From a virus (lineage: Duplodnaviria; Caudoviricetes): a DNA stretch of 64,000 nucleotides. Positions within the stretch are counted from its first letter, which is position 1; the number at the start of each line of letters is the position of its first letter. A model generated the notes under the pieces. The model saw only the letters and a list, made by a program, of their open reading frames with translations, was not told the origin of the DNA and did not search any database. The translations under genes were made by a program, and so were the position numbers. This document shows, in pieces, positions 54,674-63,727 of the stretch. The stretch is taken from the IMG/VR virus record IMGVR_UViG_3300010429_000979, positions 17,314-81,313 of that record; one strand, given 5' to 3'.

Positions 54674-55486
54674 ATGGAAACAAAACCTCTCTTTTACCCA
54701 GTTCGCAAGGTACCTGTAAAAGGGCTTATACCCTTAGAGTACCTGCCGAACAACAACATCGACCAAGCTATCGTGGTCGATTACCCTGAAGGGCCACGTA
54801 TCGTGAATTTCTGCTCCAAGAGTTATGAGCTTCAAACCAACGAATCAATCGTGGGACCTCTCTTTGAAGCTTTTGCCATCAAAGGCCTCAAAATTAAAAT
54901 GGAATTCAAAATCAGGGATCATGCAAAATTCTACATCGATTTCATTGCCACTGATTTTGCCAATTCCATTACCGAAAAGGATGATGTTTTCCCGAGATTA
55001 CGGGTACAGAATTCTTATGACGGCTCACTCAAATATCAAGGAAGCTTTGGCCTTTACAGGCTTGTTTGCCTTAACGGTCTTAGCATACCGGTACAAAATG
55101 CAACCACTTCCACTGATAAGATGATGCACACTGCCCAGGTACTCAGCGATTTGCTGGTAACGGAAACCTTGGATAAATTCGAAGTCTTTTGCGAAAAGGC
55201 CTCTGAATTCCTGGAGCCATTCCAAAAACTGAGGGCCCAACCTATTTATGCTCCGGAACAAAGGATCATGGAAGTTGCAACTGAAACCAACTTCCCCAAG
55301 AAGATGGCCGAAGATGCACTGGAAAGGCTCAACATCGAAATGGCCCACTTTGGGCTAGCCACCGCTAATGATTGGCTCATTTACAACGCTCTGAATTACC
55401 AACTTAATCATGGGGAAACCAGGGCAAAGGAACACAAAAAAGACAAAGTAGATCTAGAGATATTGGATTTCCTCCTCTATAGCTAA
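54674..55486 (+). CDS. DUF932-like protein
   Basis: YELQTNESI...QNSYDGS...GLYRLVCLNGL pattern. Confidence 0.75.
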   Translation: METKPLFYPVRKVPVKGLIPLEYLPNNNIDQAIVVDYPEGPRIVNFCSKSYELQTNESIVGPLFEAFAIKGLKIKMEFKIRDHAKFYIDFIATDFANSITEKDDVFPRLRVQNSYDGSLKYQGSFGLYRLVCLNGLSIPVQNATTSTDKMMHTAQVLSDLLVTETLDKFEVFCEKASEFLEPFQKLRAQPIYAPEQRIMEVATETNFPKKMAEDALERLNIEMAHFGLATANDWLIYNALNYQLNHGETRAKEHKKDKVDLEILDFLLYS

Positions 55487-55549
55487 AGACTATTTCAATT
55501 AAATAATGCTTACCGCCAATAGTGGCAAAAAACCAAAACCAAACACAAC

Positions 55550-55948
55550 ATGAAGAAAATCCTATTTCTGGTCTTTATGGCCCTTGGATTCACTCTCCTT
55601 GCGTTAACGGTAGAAACACCGGCATACGCTGCCTATCACCCACCCGGAATCACGCAAACCGTTCTAGTGAATCAGGTAACGCCAATTCCCGACTACCAGG
55701 TATCATGCCTGCCTCTCATTCCCCAAGCAATCTTCGTTGCTGGCGATATTGAACCGGTCACATATCCGGTAGCGGTTTGCCTCCCTACTCAGGTTTATAC
55801 TGATAACACAATTTTGCAGTCTCATAAGTATCGATCGTGCTCTGACATTTTAGCATATCCACTTAAGACTCATACATCTTCCAATATCAGTTTCGAACTA
55901 GCCAGGGTCTGCACCGGTCAGATGAATAGATTTACCTTACCTTGCTAA
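55550..55948 (+). CDS. Secreted/membrane hypothetical protein
   Basis: MKKILFLVFMALGFTLLALTVETPAYA signal-like N-terminus. Confidence 0.55.
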   Translation: MKKILFLVFMALGFTLLALTVETPAYAAYHPPGITQTVLVNQVTPIPDYQVSCLPLIPQAIFVAGDIEPVTYPVAVCLPTQVYTDNTILQSHKYRSCSDILAYPLKTHTSSNISFELARVCTGQMNRFTLPC

Positions 55949-55963
55949 ACGAACGTACAATTA

Positions 55964-55998
55964 AGAGAAACCCCTGCCTTTCCTGGTGGGGGTTTCTT
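55964..55998 (+). terminator. Probable intrinsic terminator
   Basis: GAAACCCCTGCC-TTTCCT-GGTGGGGGTTTC hairpin. Confidence 0.65.
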
Positions 55999-56086
55999 CA
56001 CAGAAATAACAACATGTCACATACATTTTATCCTATATAATATTAATATATAATGCAAAATGGGCCCAGATAAAAGTTATATAAGA

Positions 56087-56141
56087 GATAGCACCAAGAT
56101 CCTTTACAAGAGGATTTAGGTTTATTATATTTGCATTATAA
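56087..56141 (+). promoter_or_regulatory. Repeated early promoter, copy C
   Basis: GATAGCACCAAGATCCTTTACAAGAGGATTTAGGTTTATTATATTTGCATTATA. Confidence 0.78.
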
Positions 56142-56220
56142 ATTATTGCAATATGCAACCTTTTAATCCCAACACTCAAATATTTAACCCGGTGCTTATG
56201 CACCACAAAACCCTACCATC

Positions 56221-56658
56221 ATGACTGAAGTCAAGAAAGGTGTCTCTCTTAAGGATAAGATCGAGGCCCGCAAAAAACTGGATGAAATGGCTGCTGCCGA
56301 AAAAGAGGCAAAGCTGGAAACCAAAACTGCTGAGGTTGCAGCCAACAAGGCTCCCAAAGCAAAACCGGAATCGGATGATACCGAAGCTGGGGAACGGGAT
56401 TACAAATGGCTCTACCCCGATGGGATCAAAGGGGATCCGGCCAAGATGAAAAAATTCCGGGCTAAGCACCGTAAAGAAATCCGGAATCTCAGGCAAAAGG
56501 CCCACAAAGCAGAAAGCGCATTGGCTAAACTCCAAGATGCTGCCGCCCCTGCAACTGAGATCGAAAAGGCAAATGCTGAGTTCACAAAACTCAATACCGA
56601 GTTCACCGAACTCTGTAATGCAGTATTGCCCGATCCTTCAAAGGGGAAAACTCTGTAA
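56221..56658 (+). CDS. Lys/Ala/Glu-rich protein, paralogue of 52482-52913
   Basis: YKWLYPDG...KMKKFRAKHRK motif. Confidence 0.65.
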   Translation: MTEVKKGVSLKDKIEARKKLDEMAAAEKEAKLETKTAEVAANKAPKAKPESDDTEAGERDYKWLYPDGIKGDPAKMKKFRAKHRKEIRNLRQKAHKAESALAKLQDAAAPATEIEKANAEFTKLNTEFTELCNAVLPDPSKGKTL

Positions 56659-56676
56659 ACCCGGTCTTTCACCGAT

Positions 56677-56707
56677 ATGGGAGGGGACTCAACATCCCCT
56701 CCCATTT
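56677..56707 (+). terminator. Probable intrinsic terminator
   Basis: ATGGGAGGGGA-CTCAACA-TCCCCTCCCAT-TT. Confidence 0.7.
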
Positions 56708-56831
56708 ATCAAAAAGTGATATTCTAGTACAACTCAAATATTAATATGCAAATTCCTAAGGGTGCACCAATATGATGCACTAGAATGCACCTTAGGTTGC
56801 CTATTGCACAACCTTTTATATTATTAATGCT

Positions 56832-57185
56832 ATGCAAATAATTAACACCACACCTCACGAAGTACGGGTCCTTAAAGCAACAGATAAAACTGTTGATTAT
56901 GCCTTTCCACTCGCAATCTTCCCACCGGCAGAGAAATACTGCAGGGTCATCCAAAAGACAAAAACCCTTTACAGGATTCCAGCACCTGGTGGATACATAC
57001 CAATCACACGGAATGAATATTCTGAGGTCCAGAATTTACCAGAACCCCAACAGGATACCTTATACATCGTATCCTGGATCGTAGCGAGGGAAATGCTGGG
57101 AAAACGGAATGACCTTCTCATAGTAAACGGAGTTATTAATCAGGACGGTAAAATCGTAGGATGCCGATCCTTAAGCCCATTATAA
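56832..57185 (+). CDS. Conserved viral hypothetical protein (N-T/L-TPH...NLPEP...GCRSL type)
   Basis: INTTPH, NLPEPQQDTLYIVS and DGKIVGCRSL recall a widespread phage family of unknown function. Confidence 0.6.
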   Translation: MQIINTTPHEVRVLKATDKTVDYAFPLAIFPPAEKYCRVIQKTKTLYRIPAPGGYIPITRNEYSEVQNLPEPQQDTLYIVSWIVAREMLGKRNDLLIVNGVINQDGKIVGCRSLSPL

Positions 57186-57186
57186 C

Positions 57187-57477
57187 ATGAAAACCTATAT
57201 TCTCTTATTCGACCAAGATTACCAACAACAGGAACAATTCCAAGAGGTAGTTCAGGCCGATTCATTAGAAGAATGCCTGAACCTTTCATTAAAGATGCAC
57301 CAAGAAGATGGCGATTACGACTCAATGGAAGATCTCAAGGAATGCCTCGGAACAGTATTGGAACTGGATGGCGATACTGTAAATAAATACAGTGATCAGA
57401 TCTATATCTTTAAAGAGGGTTGGGTATCAACGAATTTCGAAATGCCACCAGATGACACATATAAAATCTTAACCTAA
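57187..57477 (+). CDS. Hypothetical acidic protein
   Basis: ORF in tightly packed + strand cluster. Confidence 0.5.
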   Translation: MKTYILLFDQDYQQQEQFQEVVQADSLEECLNLSLKMHQEDGDYDSMEDLKECLGTVLELDGDTVNKYSDQIYIFKEGWVSTNFEMPPDDTYKILT

Positions 57478-57489
57478 CACTTAAACATT

Positions 57490-58212
57490 ATGAAAAAGCA
57501 ATTAACATGGGAGCAACAAACATTCCTAAGGGAACTGCTCACCAAACACATCAATGATTTAGCGCTTCAAGATGTACCCCTTGACCCAGACCTATCGGTG
57601 ACTGGGGCAAAAGAATCACGGTACTTAACCAAAGAACAATTCGATGATCTGGTAGATAATATCAGTAATCACAATGAGACTTACTATGAGGATCTTTTCT
57701 ATCATTTCATCGAGCATAACTTCGATGATGTCATGGACATGAGGGCTATGGTCAAGGCTTTGGCTACTGGTATAGATTACATCTTTGCCCACATGTCTGA
57801 CTGCGGCTTAATGGAAGACCTAGACGATGATGCTCAGGAAAAAGCCAATAACATCGTTGGGTACATGAATGCCTCACCACGAGTAACTTGGGGAAGGAAA
57901 GATCCAGATGACGAATGCAACCTTGATTACAAGGAACCAACCGAATACCAATTACCAGATTATGAGATCGGGACTGATGGGTTACCAAATACACCACACA
58001 CGGTTATCGATGACAAGGTTGAAATCAATATCAAGGAATACGATGCTTTGGTCCTGTCATACATGAAATCTAAGGGATATGACTTCTCAGAGAACATTAA
58101 CCAGATCACTGTACCTCTCGACAAGTATCAGGAAATGAAAGCCCTGATCAATAGCTACAAGAAAACATTGGATGATTGCCTTTTACTCATTAAAAAATAC
58201 GAGGAGATATAA
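57490..58212 (+). CDS. Hypothetical acidic protein
   Basis: 240-aa ORF. Confidence 0.55.
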   Translation: MKKQLTWEQQTFLRELLTKHINDLALQDVPLDPDLSVTGAKESRYLTKEQFDDLVDNISNHNETYYEDLFYHFIEHNFDDVMDMRAMVKALATGIDYIFAHMSDCGLMEDLDDDAQEKANNIVGYMNASPRVTWGRKDPDDECNLDYKEPTEYQLPDYEIGTDGLPNTPHTVIDDKVEINIKEYDALVLSYMKSKGYDFSENINQITVPLDKYQEMKALINSYKKTLDDCLLLIKKYEEI

Positions 58213-58213
58213 C

Positions 58214-58501
58214 ATGGCTTGGAAAGTAGAACTAACAGTACAGGAGGCCCACTTAATTGGGTATGCCCTAGATAAAATCGGTCCATTTGTCCTTGACATG
58301 GATGCTATCGAGAAAGTCGATGCCAACAAGGCTGAGATGACCAATAGCAGGGTCAGTAAATCAGAGCTTAATTTGCTCAGGCATAGCCTGCTCAAGAAAT
58401 TCGGGACAGAGTATTGCTTCGAAAAGGACATCACTGAACTGCAGGTAAAACACAAAGGAGACCCAGGATTTATTAAATCAGAGAACCTAATAGAACAGTA
58501 A
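58214..58501 (+). CDS. Hypothetical protein
   Basis: ATG at 58214, directly after the upstream stop. Confidence 0.5.
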   Translation: MAWKVELTVQEAHLIGYALDKIGPFVLDMDAIEKVDANKAEMTNSRVSKSELNLLRHSLLKKFGTEYCFEKDITELQVKHKGDPGFIKSENLIEQ

Positions 58502-58502
58502 T

Positions 58503-58793
58503 ATGGCAACATTCGATGATTATAAACATTGGCTTCGGAATTATGGAAGGAGAATTCCTAACTGTAAGTGGTTCATAGTGAGATACTTTGGTATCAACGA
58601 GTGGCAAAAACTACAGGCCATGGAAATGCAAGAAAACCATCAAGGCCTAATGAATCACCTCCAACAAATGTGGTTTGAATTACCAGATCACGTATTCAAC
58701 ATCTTAAATGACCCTCCGGGATGGTCTGACTTCCTCCATCTGATCGAAAACTATCCCCAAGTAACTAACCCTGCAGCTCCGCATGACTCATGA
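58503..58793 (+). CDS. Hypothetical protein
   Basis: Tight packing with neighbours. Confidence 0.5.
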   Translation: MATFDDYKHWLRNYGRRIPNCKWFIVRYFGINEWQKLQAMEMQENHQGLMNHLQQMWFELPDHVFNILNDPPGWSDFLHLIENYPQVTNPAAPHDS

Positions 58794-59140
58794 AAAGACA
58801 AAACATAGTACTCCTATCGCTAATCCTATTTGTAATCATAGGTTCACAATTAACCCTGTACTTCGATAAGAAGGACAGTCAAAGAATCATTGAAGAAGCC
58901 TATTCACCAGGCACATCAGATCCTAACATAGATTATTTCGGAAGAAAAACCCAAAACACAACCCAATATGAAAGTAACAGAAACTACTACCAAAATTACG
59001 AGGAAGAACATGCTGAGGCCAGTAGAGCCTTCCCGGATCTCACCCATGAACAAATTGAAATCCTCGAAAACCTCTCCCACGACCAATGGGAAGAAATCAG
59101 AGAACTCGGCCTTGACCCCTCCGAAGCGGAAGGTAAATAA
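58790..59140 (+). CDS. Membrane-anchored hypothetical protein
   Basis: N-terminal TM IVLLSLILFVIIGSQLTLYF. Confidence 0.5.
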   Translation: MKRQNIVLLSLILFVIIGSQLTLYFDKKDSQRIIEEAYSPGTSDPNIDYFGRKTQNTTQYESNRNYYQNYEEEHAEASRAFPDLTHEQIEILENLSHDQWEEIRELGLDPSEAEGK

Positions 59141-59324
59141 GGAACGGTATATCTTTATGCCAACCCGCCGGCTTATGGAGGAAGCTCCTTTCTTCGCTGC
59201 CAGGCTCACCAATGCAACCGCATTCCTGGATGATGGGTATATCATCTTTGACCTTCATGAAAAGGCCTACTGTATGGGTTATTCTAATCATTCAACCCTG
59301 TATTGGGCCCCAATCCAATAACCT

Positions 59325-59651
59325 ATGAAAAAGAAGCAACCAGTATTCCTTACACGAGAGGAAATGGACCTCATCAAAATGTTGGTATCAGAAGAGTATT
59401 CCTATATGCTTGGCCACACTATAATCGATGAATCATTGAAAGGTAAACGCCTACAAAAAATTAATCGGTTAGGCAGTGTCGAAAAAAAACTTCGTCTAGC
59501 TAAGGCTCGAATTGAACATGAATTCCCTCGCACCTTAGAACTAAGTAAAAATCAATGCAGTATCCTATATTCCATGTGTCAGGATATCCTTGAGGACGAA
59601 GATCTTGCTGATCACAAAATCATCAAATCAATCCAGAATATGGCTAAATAG
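59325..59651 (+). CDS. Hypothetical protein
   Basis: 108-aa ORF. Confidence 0.5.
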   Translation: MKKKQPVFLTREEMDLIKMLVSEEYSYMLGHTIIDESLKGKRLQKINRLGSVEKKLRLAKARIEHEFPRTLELSKNQCSILYSMCQDILEDEDLADHKIIKSIQNMAK

Positions 59652-59686
59652 GATGGTGAAAAGTTATAATAGAGATTGATGCAGGA

Positions 59687-59725
59687 ACGTTGCATTGGGA
59701 TTTAAAATGCATTATATTTGCATAT
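59687..59725 (+). promoter_or_regulatory. Bacteroidota sigma-A promoter
   Basis: CGTTGCATTGGGAT...TATATTTG (59713-59720); resembles the 47005 promoter. Confidence 0.68.
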
Positions 59726-59787
59726 ATATAAATTTAATGCATTAATGCAAATGCAAAACCTATCACTAACCCTCAAAACTTATTAAC

Positions 59788-60183
59788 ATGGAACACTTTC
59801 CTAACATTCTGCACAATCCCAGTACATGGGAAGTTGCTGGTGCCTATTCAAAGGCCCTTTACAATCGTCCTAACGAACCCGAAAATTATCGGGACCCGGA
59901 TCTGGACCTTCAAAATGCTGATTATCACTCGGTAAAAAACGATCTGGAGAACATCACCGACCTTTCTTTCAAGGTATTCAGTTACAAACATGACTATGAA
60001 AACTGGGATAAAGGCCAACCAGTCCTGGTTTGCTACATTGAATTCAAGAATAACCTCACCCTGCATCAAATCAGGATGCTCATCGATGCCTTTGACCTCT
60101 CTAAGGGGGAATGCTCACCTTTCTGGGATCTCGTTTCTCTCGGCAATGAGACATGTATCATTGCAATCACTGAAAACTATTAA
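59788..60183 (+). CDS. Hypothetical protein
   Basis: First ORF after the promoter. Confidence 0.5.
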   Translation: MEHFPNILHNPSTWEVAGAYSKALYNRPNEPENYRDPDLDLQNADYHSVKNDLENITDLSFKVFSYKHDYENWDKGQPVLVCYIEFKNNLTLHQIRMLIDAFDLSKGECSPFWDLVSLGNETCIIAITENY

Positions 60184-60201
60184 CCCTCAAATAATTAAAT
60201 C

Positions 60202-60471
60202 ATGACACAAGGACAATACTGGGAAAAATTCATTGCTAAGATCAATGATCTCCCATTCGAATCAAAGGTAAACGTTTATTCCCACTTTATCAAAGGTCAC
60301 TTCGTACTGGGCGAAGGGCTATCTGATGCTACAGAGGAAGAACAGGAAATACATGCTGGCGTAGATGGCCTCATGGAAATCAAGGATGAAAACGATCAGA
60401 TAGTAACCCTCTGTCCCGACAATGAATTTGATCCTTTCTTCATCGTAAAACCCAATGCAAAACTTAAATAA
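60202..60471 (+). CDS. Hypothetical protein
   Basis: Early gene cluster. Confidence 0.5.
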   Translation: MTQGQYWEKFIAKINDLPFESKVNVYSHFIKGHFVLGEGLSDATEEEQEIHAGVDGLMEIKDENDQIVTLCPDNEFDPFFIVKPNAKLK

Positions 60472-60473
60472 TC

Positions 60474-60821
60474 ATGGAACAACTCTCAACAAAATTCATG
60501 GGTATCTGCAGGCAGTATCCATTTGAAATCAATCACAAAGCAACCTGGACCACTCCCATAAAACAAATCGAGGCTATCGAGCTTATGATTGGGGCTATCA
60601 TGCAACTCGGGGAAGAGGAACACACATCAGACTGGGACCCATACATCAGGATTACCAATTGCGATGACCTAATCCTGGACACTGCAACCGGATACCCGGA
60701 ATTCAAAATCGATGAGGCCAATGAAACAATTATCGTTACCCTCGAGAACGAGGATGACAGCACTTTCTCAAAATCAATTGCCATCAGTGATATTAAATCC
60801 ATTCAACTCCTGGAACCATGA
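60474..60821 (+). CDS. Hypothetical acidic protein
   Basis: Early gene cluster. Confidence 0.5.
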   Translation: MEQLSTKFMGICRQYPFEINHKATWTTPIKQIEAIELMIGAIMQLGEEEHTSDWDPYIRITNCDDLILDTATGYPEFKIDEANETIIVTLENEDDSTFSKSIAISDIKSIQLLEP

Positions 60822-61270
60822 AAACAACAGTTAAAAATTACAATCACCGGCTCCAAGTCTTGGCTGAGACATCTCCCATATACTATGAGGTCAGGTGTCA
60901 AATCCACAGGTTTCTCGAACATGAGAACTATGCACTCTGGGCTCATGGCCCACTCAGTGAGGCCCTCTTGGGTAAATTCGAATCCAAGGAATACCCAGGT
61001 TCAATCGTATTTGAGAACTGGACTTATGACCTAGATCGGGTCATTGAATTCCTTTACGATATGCTCAATGAATATCAAATTGCCGGGTTCATGTCGGATG
61101 ACGGATCTGACGAAGGCGGAATTGCCTCTCACCTATACCTAATCCCTAAAAACTGGGAATTCCCTCAAGATCTGGACTACGAACCTTTCTGCGGATCCAA
61201 CCATTTTAAATACATCGCATACCTTGACAATCTGGGTATATTAACAACTATTTCCCAAAACGATATGTAA
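60818..61270 (+). CDS. Hypothetical protein
   Basis: ATGA coupling. Confidence 0.5.
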   Translation: MKTTVKNYNHRLQVLAETSPIYYEVRCQIHRFLEHENYALWAHGPLSEALLGKFESKEYPGSIVFENWTYDLDRVIEFLYDMLNEYQIAGFMSDDGSDEGGIASHLYLIPKNWEFPQDLDYEPFCGSNHFKYIAYLDNLGILTTISQNDM

Positions 61271-61273
61271 CCC

Positions 61274-61468
61274 ATGAAACCATATCTTAAGTCAATGTCC
61301 CGGCAATCACAGGAAACCCTACTCCTCAAAAGGAAATACCTGTATGACCTCAAAAATGGGATGCTTGGTTCGATACTAGCAACTTCTAAAGAAGACGCAG
61401 CTAAGCAACTCAAAGAGTTAAACATAGATTACTACAAATCATCATTACATGTCCAAAAACACAAATAA
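61274..61468 (+). CDS. Small hypothetical protein
   Basis: Early gene cluster. Confidence 0.45.
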   Translation: MKPYLKSMSRQSQETLLLKRKYLYDLKNGMLGSILATSKEDAAKQLKELNIDYYKSSLHVQKHK

Positions 61469-61470
61469 TC

Positions 61471-61683
61471 ATGAAAAACGACACCTCCTTTGCAATTCTC
61501 CTAATCATCCTATTGGGCTTAGGCCTCATGATCTTAGGATTCAATGTATCAACCCAAGAGGATACAATCAGGAAACAACAGGTCCTGATCGACTCTCTTG
61601 ACCGGAAGATCAATGAAATAGGTCAAATCCAAACAGACCTGGAAGAGGAACTTGGCCAAATCCAAATAGAACTTAATCCATAA
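61471..61683 (+). CDS. Small membrane protein (TM plus coiled coil)
   Basis: FAILLIILLGLGLMILGF TM; contains IDSL. Confidence 0.55.
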   Translation: MKNDTSFAILLIILLGLGLMILGFNVSTQEDTIRKQQVLIDSLDRKINEIGQIQTDLEEELGQIQIELNP

Positions 61684-61688
61684 CAGAC

Positions 61689-61889
61689 ATGGCAAAGAAC
61701 CTATTACCCATCATGGTATCCGTATCCAGAAATTCCAGGCTCACACAGGAATTGGAAGCGATACTCAATGATAAGCTATCCGAAGCCGATATCCATATCC
61801 TGGAACTATGGCTAAGGACAGTCAAGGAAGAGAAACAGATAGTAAACAATATCAACTTCAGAATTAACCTTAAAAACCTACACCGATGA
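61689..61889 (+). CDS. Small hypothetical protein
   Basis: Early gene cluster. Confidence 0.45.
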   Translation: MAKNLLPIMVSVSRNSRLTQELEAILNDKLSEADIHILELWLRTVKEEKQIVNNINFRINLKNLHR

Positions 61890-62266
61890 CTCAAAAAATG
61901 CAGGAAAGGGAATACTTCAATTCCCTATCACAGAAAGCCAAAGATGAACTCTTCAGGCCTTACTCAAAAATTATCATGCACTTCGATTGTTGGAACCTAT
62001 GGGAAATCCACAACAGGCTTCAGGAAAGATATCCTGAAATCATAAGGGAAATCACTCCCAAAGACCCAACCAAGGTGGAGAAATCACAATGGGAACCCTA
62101 TTTCATTGCAACACTTCCAGTACCAAGTAACGTGGCCCATTACATTGTCCCTGTATCATATTTCACAGTCTATGTGGAAATTGCCAAGGATTACTACTTC
62201 TTTTCACATCCTGAAGTAGACCAGGAAGACCTGCTAAAGCAATGGAACCTGATTATCGGTAAGTAA
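61886..62266 (+). CDS. Hypothetical protein
   Basis: ATGA coupling. Confidence 0.5.
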   Translation: MTQKMQEREYFNSLSQKAKDELFRPYSKIIMHFDCWNLWEIHNRLQERYPEIIREITPKDPTKVEKSQWEPYFIATLPVPSNVAHYIVPVSYFTVYVEIAKDYYFFSHPEVDQEDLLKQWNLIIGK

Positions 62267-62290
62267 TTCCCTAGAACTACGACTCCAATT

Positions 62291-62323
62291 ATATAGAGGA
62301 TCCTGCTTCTGGATCCTCTATAT
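62291..62323 (+). terminator. Perfect hairpin, probable terminator
   Basis: ATATAGAGGATCC-TGCTTCT-GGATCCTCTATAT. Confidence 0.7.
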
Positions 62324-62451
62324 TCGTGAGAAATCCTGGATTCCTGAAGCCGATCTAGTAAAACACCAGACCAATTCTTATAGTGATACTATTATCCCTA
62401 AAAGGGAAACCCAAAATTAACTTTCTTCCACCCTCCCCAAAACAAAGAATA

Positions 62452-63213
62452 ATGAATACAACCAATATCCGAATTCCTAGACCTAAGCATACTACTATAC
62501 AATCTATAAATAAAGACTACAATAGCCTTTATCAAAGCTATACATCATACTATATCAATAATAACTTTACCCTCAATGGGTTTACCCTTTCCTTTGAGGA
62601 TTTCTCTAGGTATACCGGAATACCAATTTCATTCATTAATTCCAATCTCATTGGTAACGATAATACCTTCATAAATCTCTCCAGTAATGAAACAATAAAT
62701 CGCGCCGCGGGAGAAATTTTTTCGCGGTCCATTTCCCTGTCCCTCGAGAACATATCCCGCCTAGCCCGTAGAACACAAGGTTTGCTGGAATTTGAGAACA
62801 ACACCTACAAACCTTTTGTTACCAACGCAGTGACTGGTGCGGTTGACTCAATGCTTAGAGCAACGGCGAATCTGGCTTCCCTCGCTAATCAATTGAAGGC
62901 ATTTAAAACAGAGGATTTACCATCCGATTCAGGACATCAAAATCATATCACGATCACCGAGGCCCTCGTACTAATCTCGGGGCAGGAGAAGGCCAAAAGC
63001 CAGCTTCCCGTACACCGGGACGAAACCAAATCCCTTTCCGCTTTCTCGGAATCCCTTACCGACCTATACCTTGAAAATGGGCTCAAAGATCTTCCGGAAG
63101 TGGTGGCCCGCCCTACCGAACTGGATGGGATCACCAAAGCCAAGCTCAAGGAACTGGAGGCCGTAGATGTATACAAGGTCGATAAGATCTCAGAGAAACT
63201 CGGGCTGGGATAA
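62452..63213 (+). CDS. Hypothetical protein (possible DNA-binding or small-terminase-like)
   Basis: ATG at 62452 (track start 62383); adjacent to the non-coding repeat region; function is positional speculation. Confidence 0.5.
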   Translation: MNTTNIRIPRPKHTTIQSINKDYNSLYQSYTSYYINNNFTLNGFTLSFEDFSRYTGIPISFINSNLIGNDNTFINLSSNETINRAAGEIFSRSISLSLENISRLARRTQGLLEFENNTYKPFVTNAVTGAVDSMLRATANLASLANQLKAFKTEDLPSDSGHQNHITITEALVLISGQEKAKSQLPVHRDETKSLSAFSESLTDLYLENGLKDLPEVVARPTELDGITKAKLKELEAVDVYKVDKISEKLGLG

Positions 63214-63300
63214 TCAAGGACCCTGAATCCCAAGCATCTAACTGCTACTAAAACTGCAGGATATGCGGAAAGGATTCAGGGCCTTTTTGTGTGAGGACCA

Positions 63301-63490
63301 GCTATCGCATCGGGAACAAATCCGAATCCCTCTTCCCTTTCCACTAGCTATCGCCTGAGCGGCGTGAGGGCACTGGATCGGCTAGCTATCGCATACCTAA
63401 ATCTCTATCAAATCCGAATCCGAAATTTGTTGAGATTGTCCGGATTAAATCCGAGAAAATCCCTCAATTACCCGAACAAATCCGAATCCG
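63301..63490. repeat. Non-coding cluster of short direct repeats
   Basis: CAAATCCGAATCC x3 (63317, 63409, 63477) and GCTATCGC x3 (63301, 63347, 63385). Confidence 0.75.
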
Positions 63491-63727
63491 AGCGCCCTAA
63501 AGGCGATATGATCAGGATTTGGGATGGTTTGTAGGAAATAGGCCCGATTTGGGCCCGTTTTTGCATTTATTTGATATTTTAAAAATAATTATTTATTATT
63601 TAAAATTTTGTAAAATAATTTTGTATATTTGTAATATTAATATTTATATAATAGTGTATAAATAAATACTTAAATAAATGTCGAAATGGATGCTTTAAAA
63701 CATTTGAAAAATAAAGGAATAAATGGA

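Noticed and set aside
53009-56141. CRISPR-like repeats
   Set aside because: Copies are 1.5 kb apart with whole genes between them and contain promoter elements; the 63.3-kb repeats are short and irregularly spaced
770-62804. Many short antisense or alternate-frame ORFs in the track (e.g. 770-1036, 5372-5830, 13986-14489, 51117-51437, 52511-52876, 56176-56535)
   Set aside because: They are nested in well-supported + strand genes and reflect codon bias
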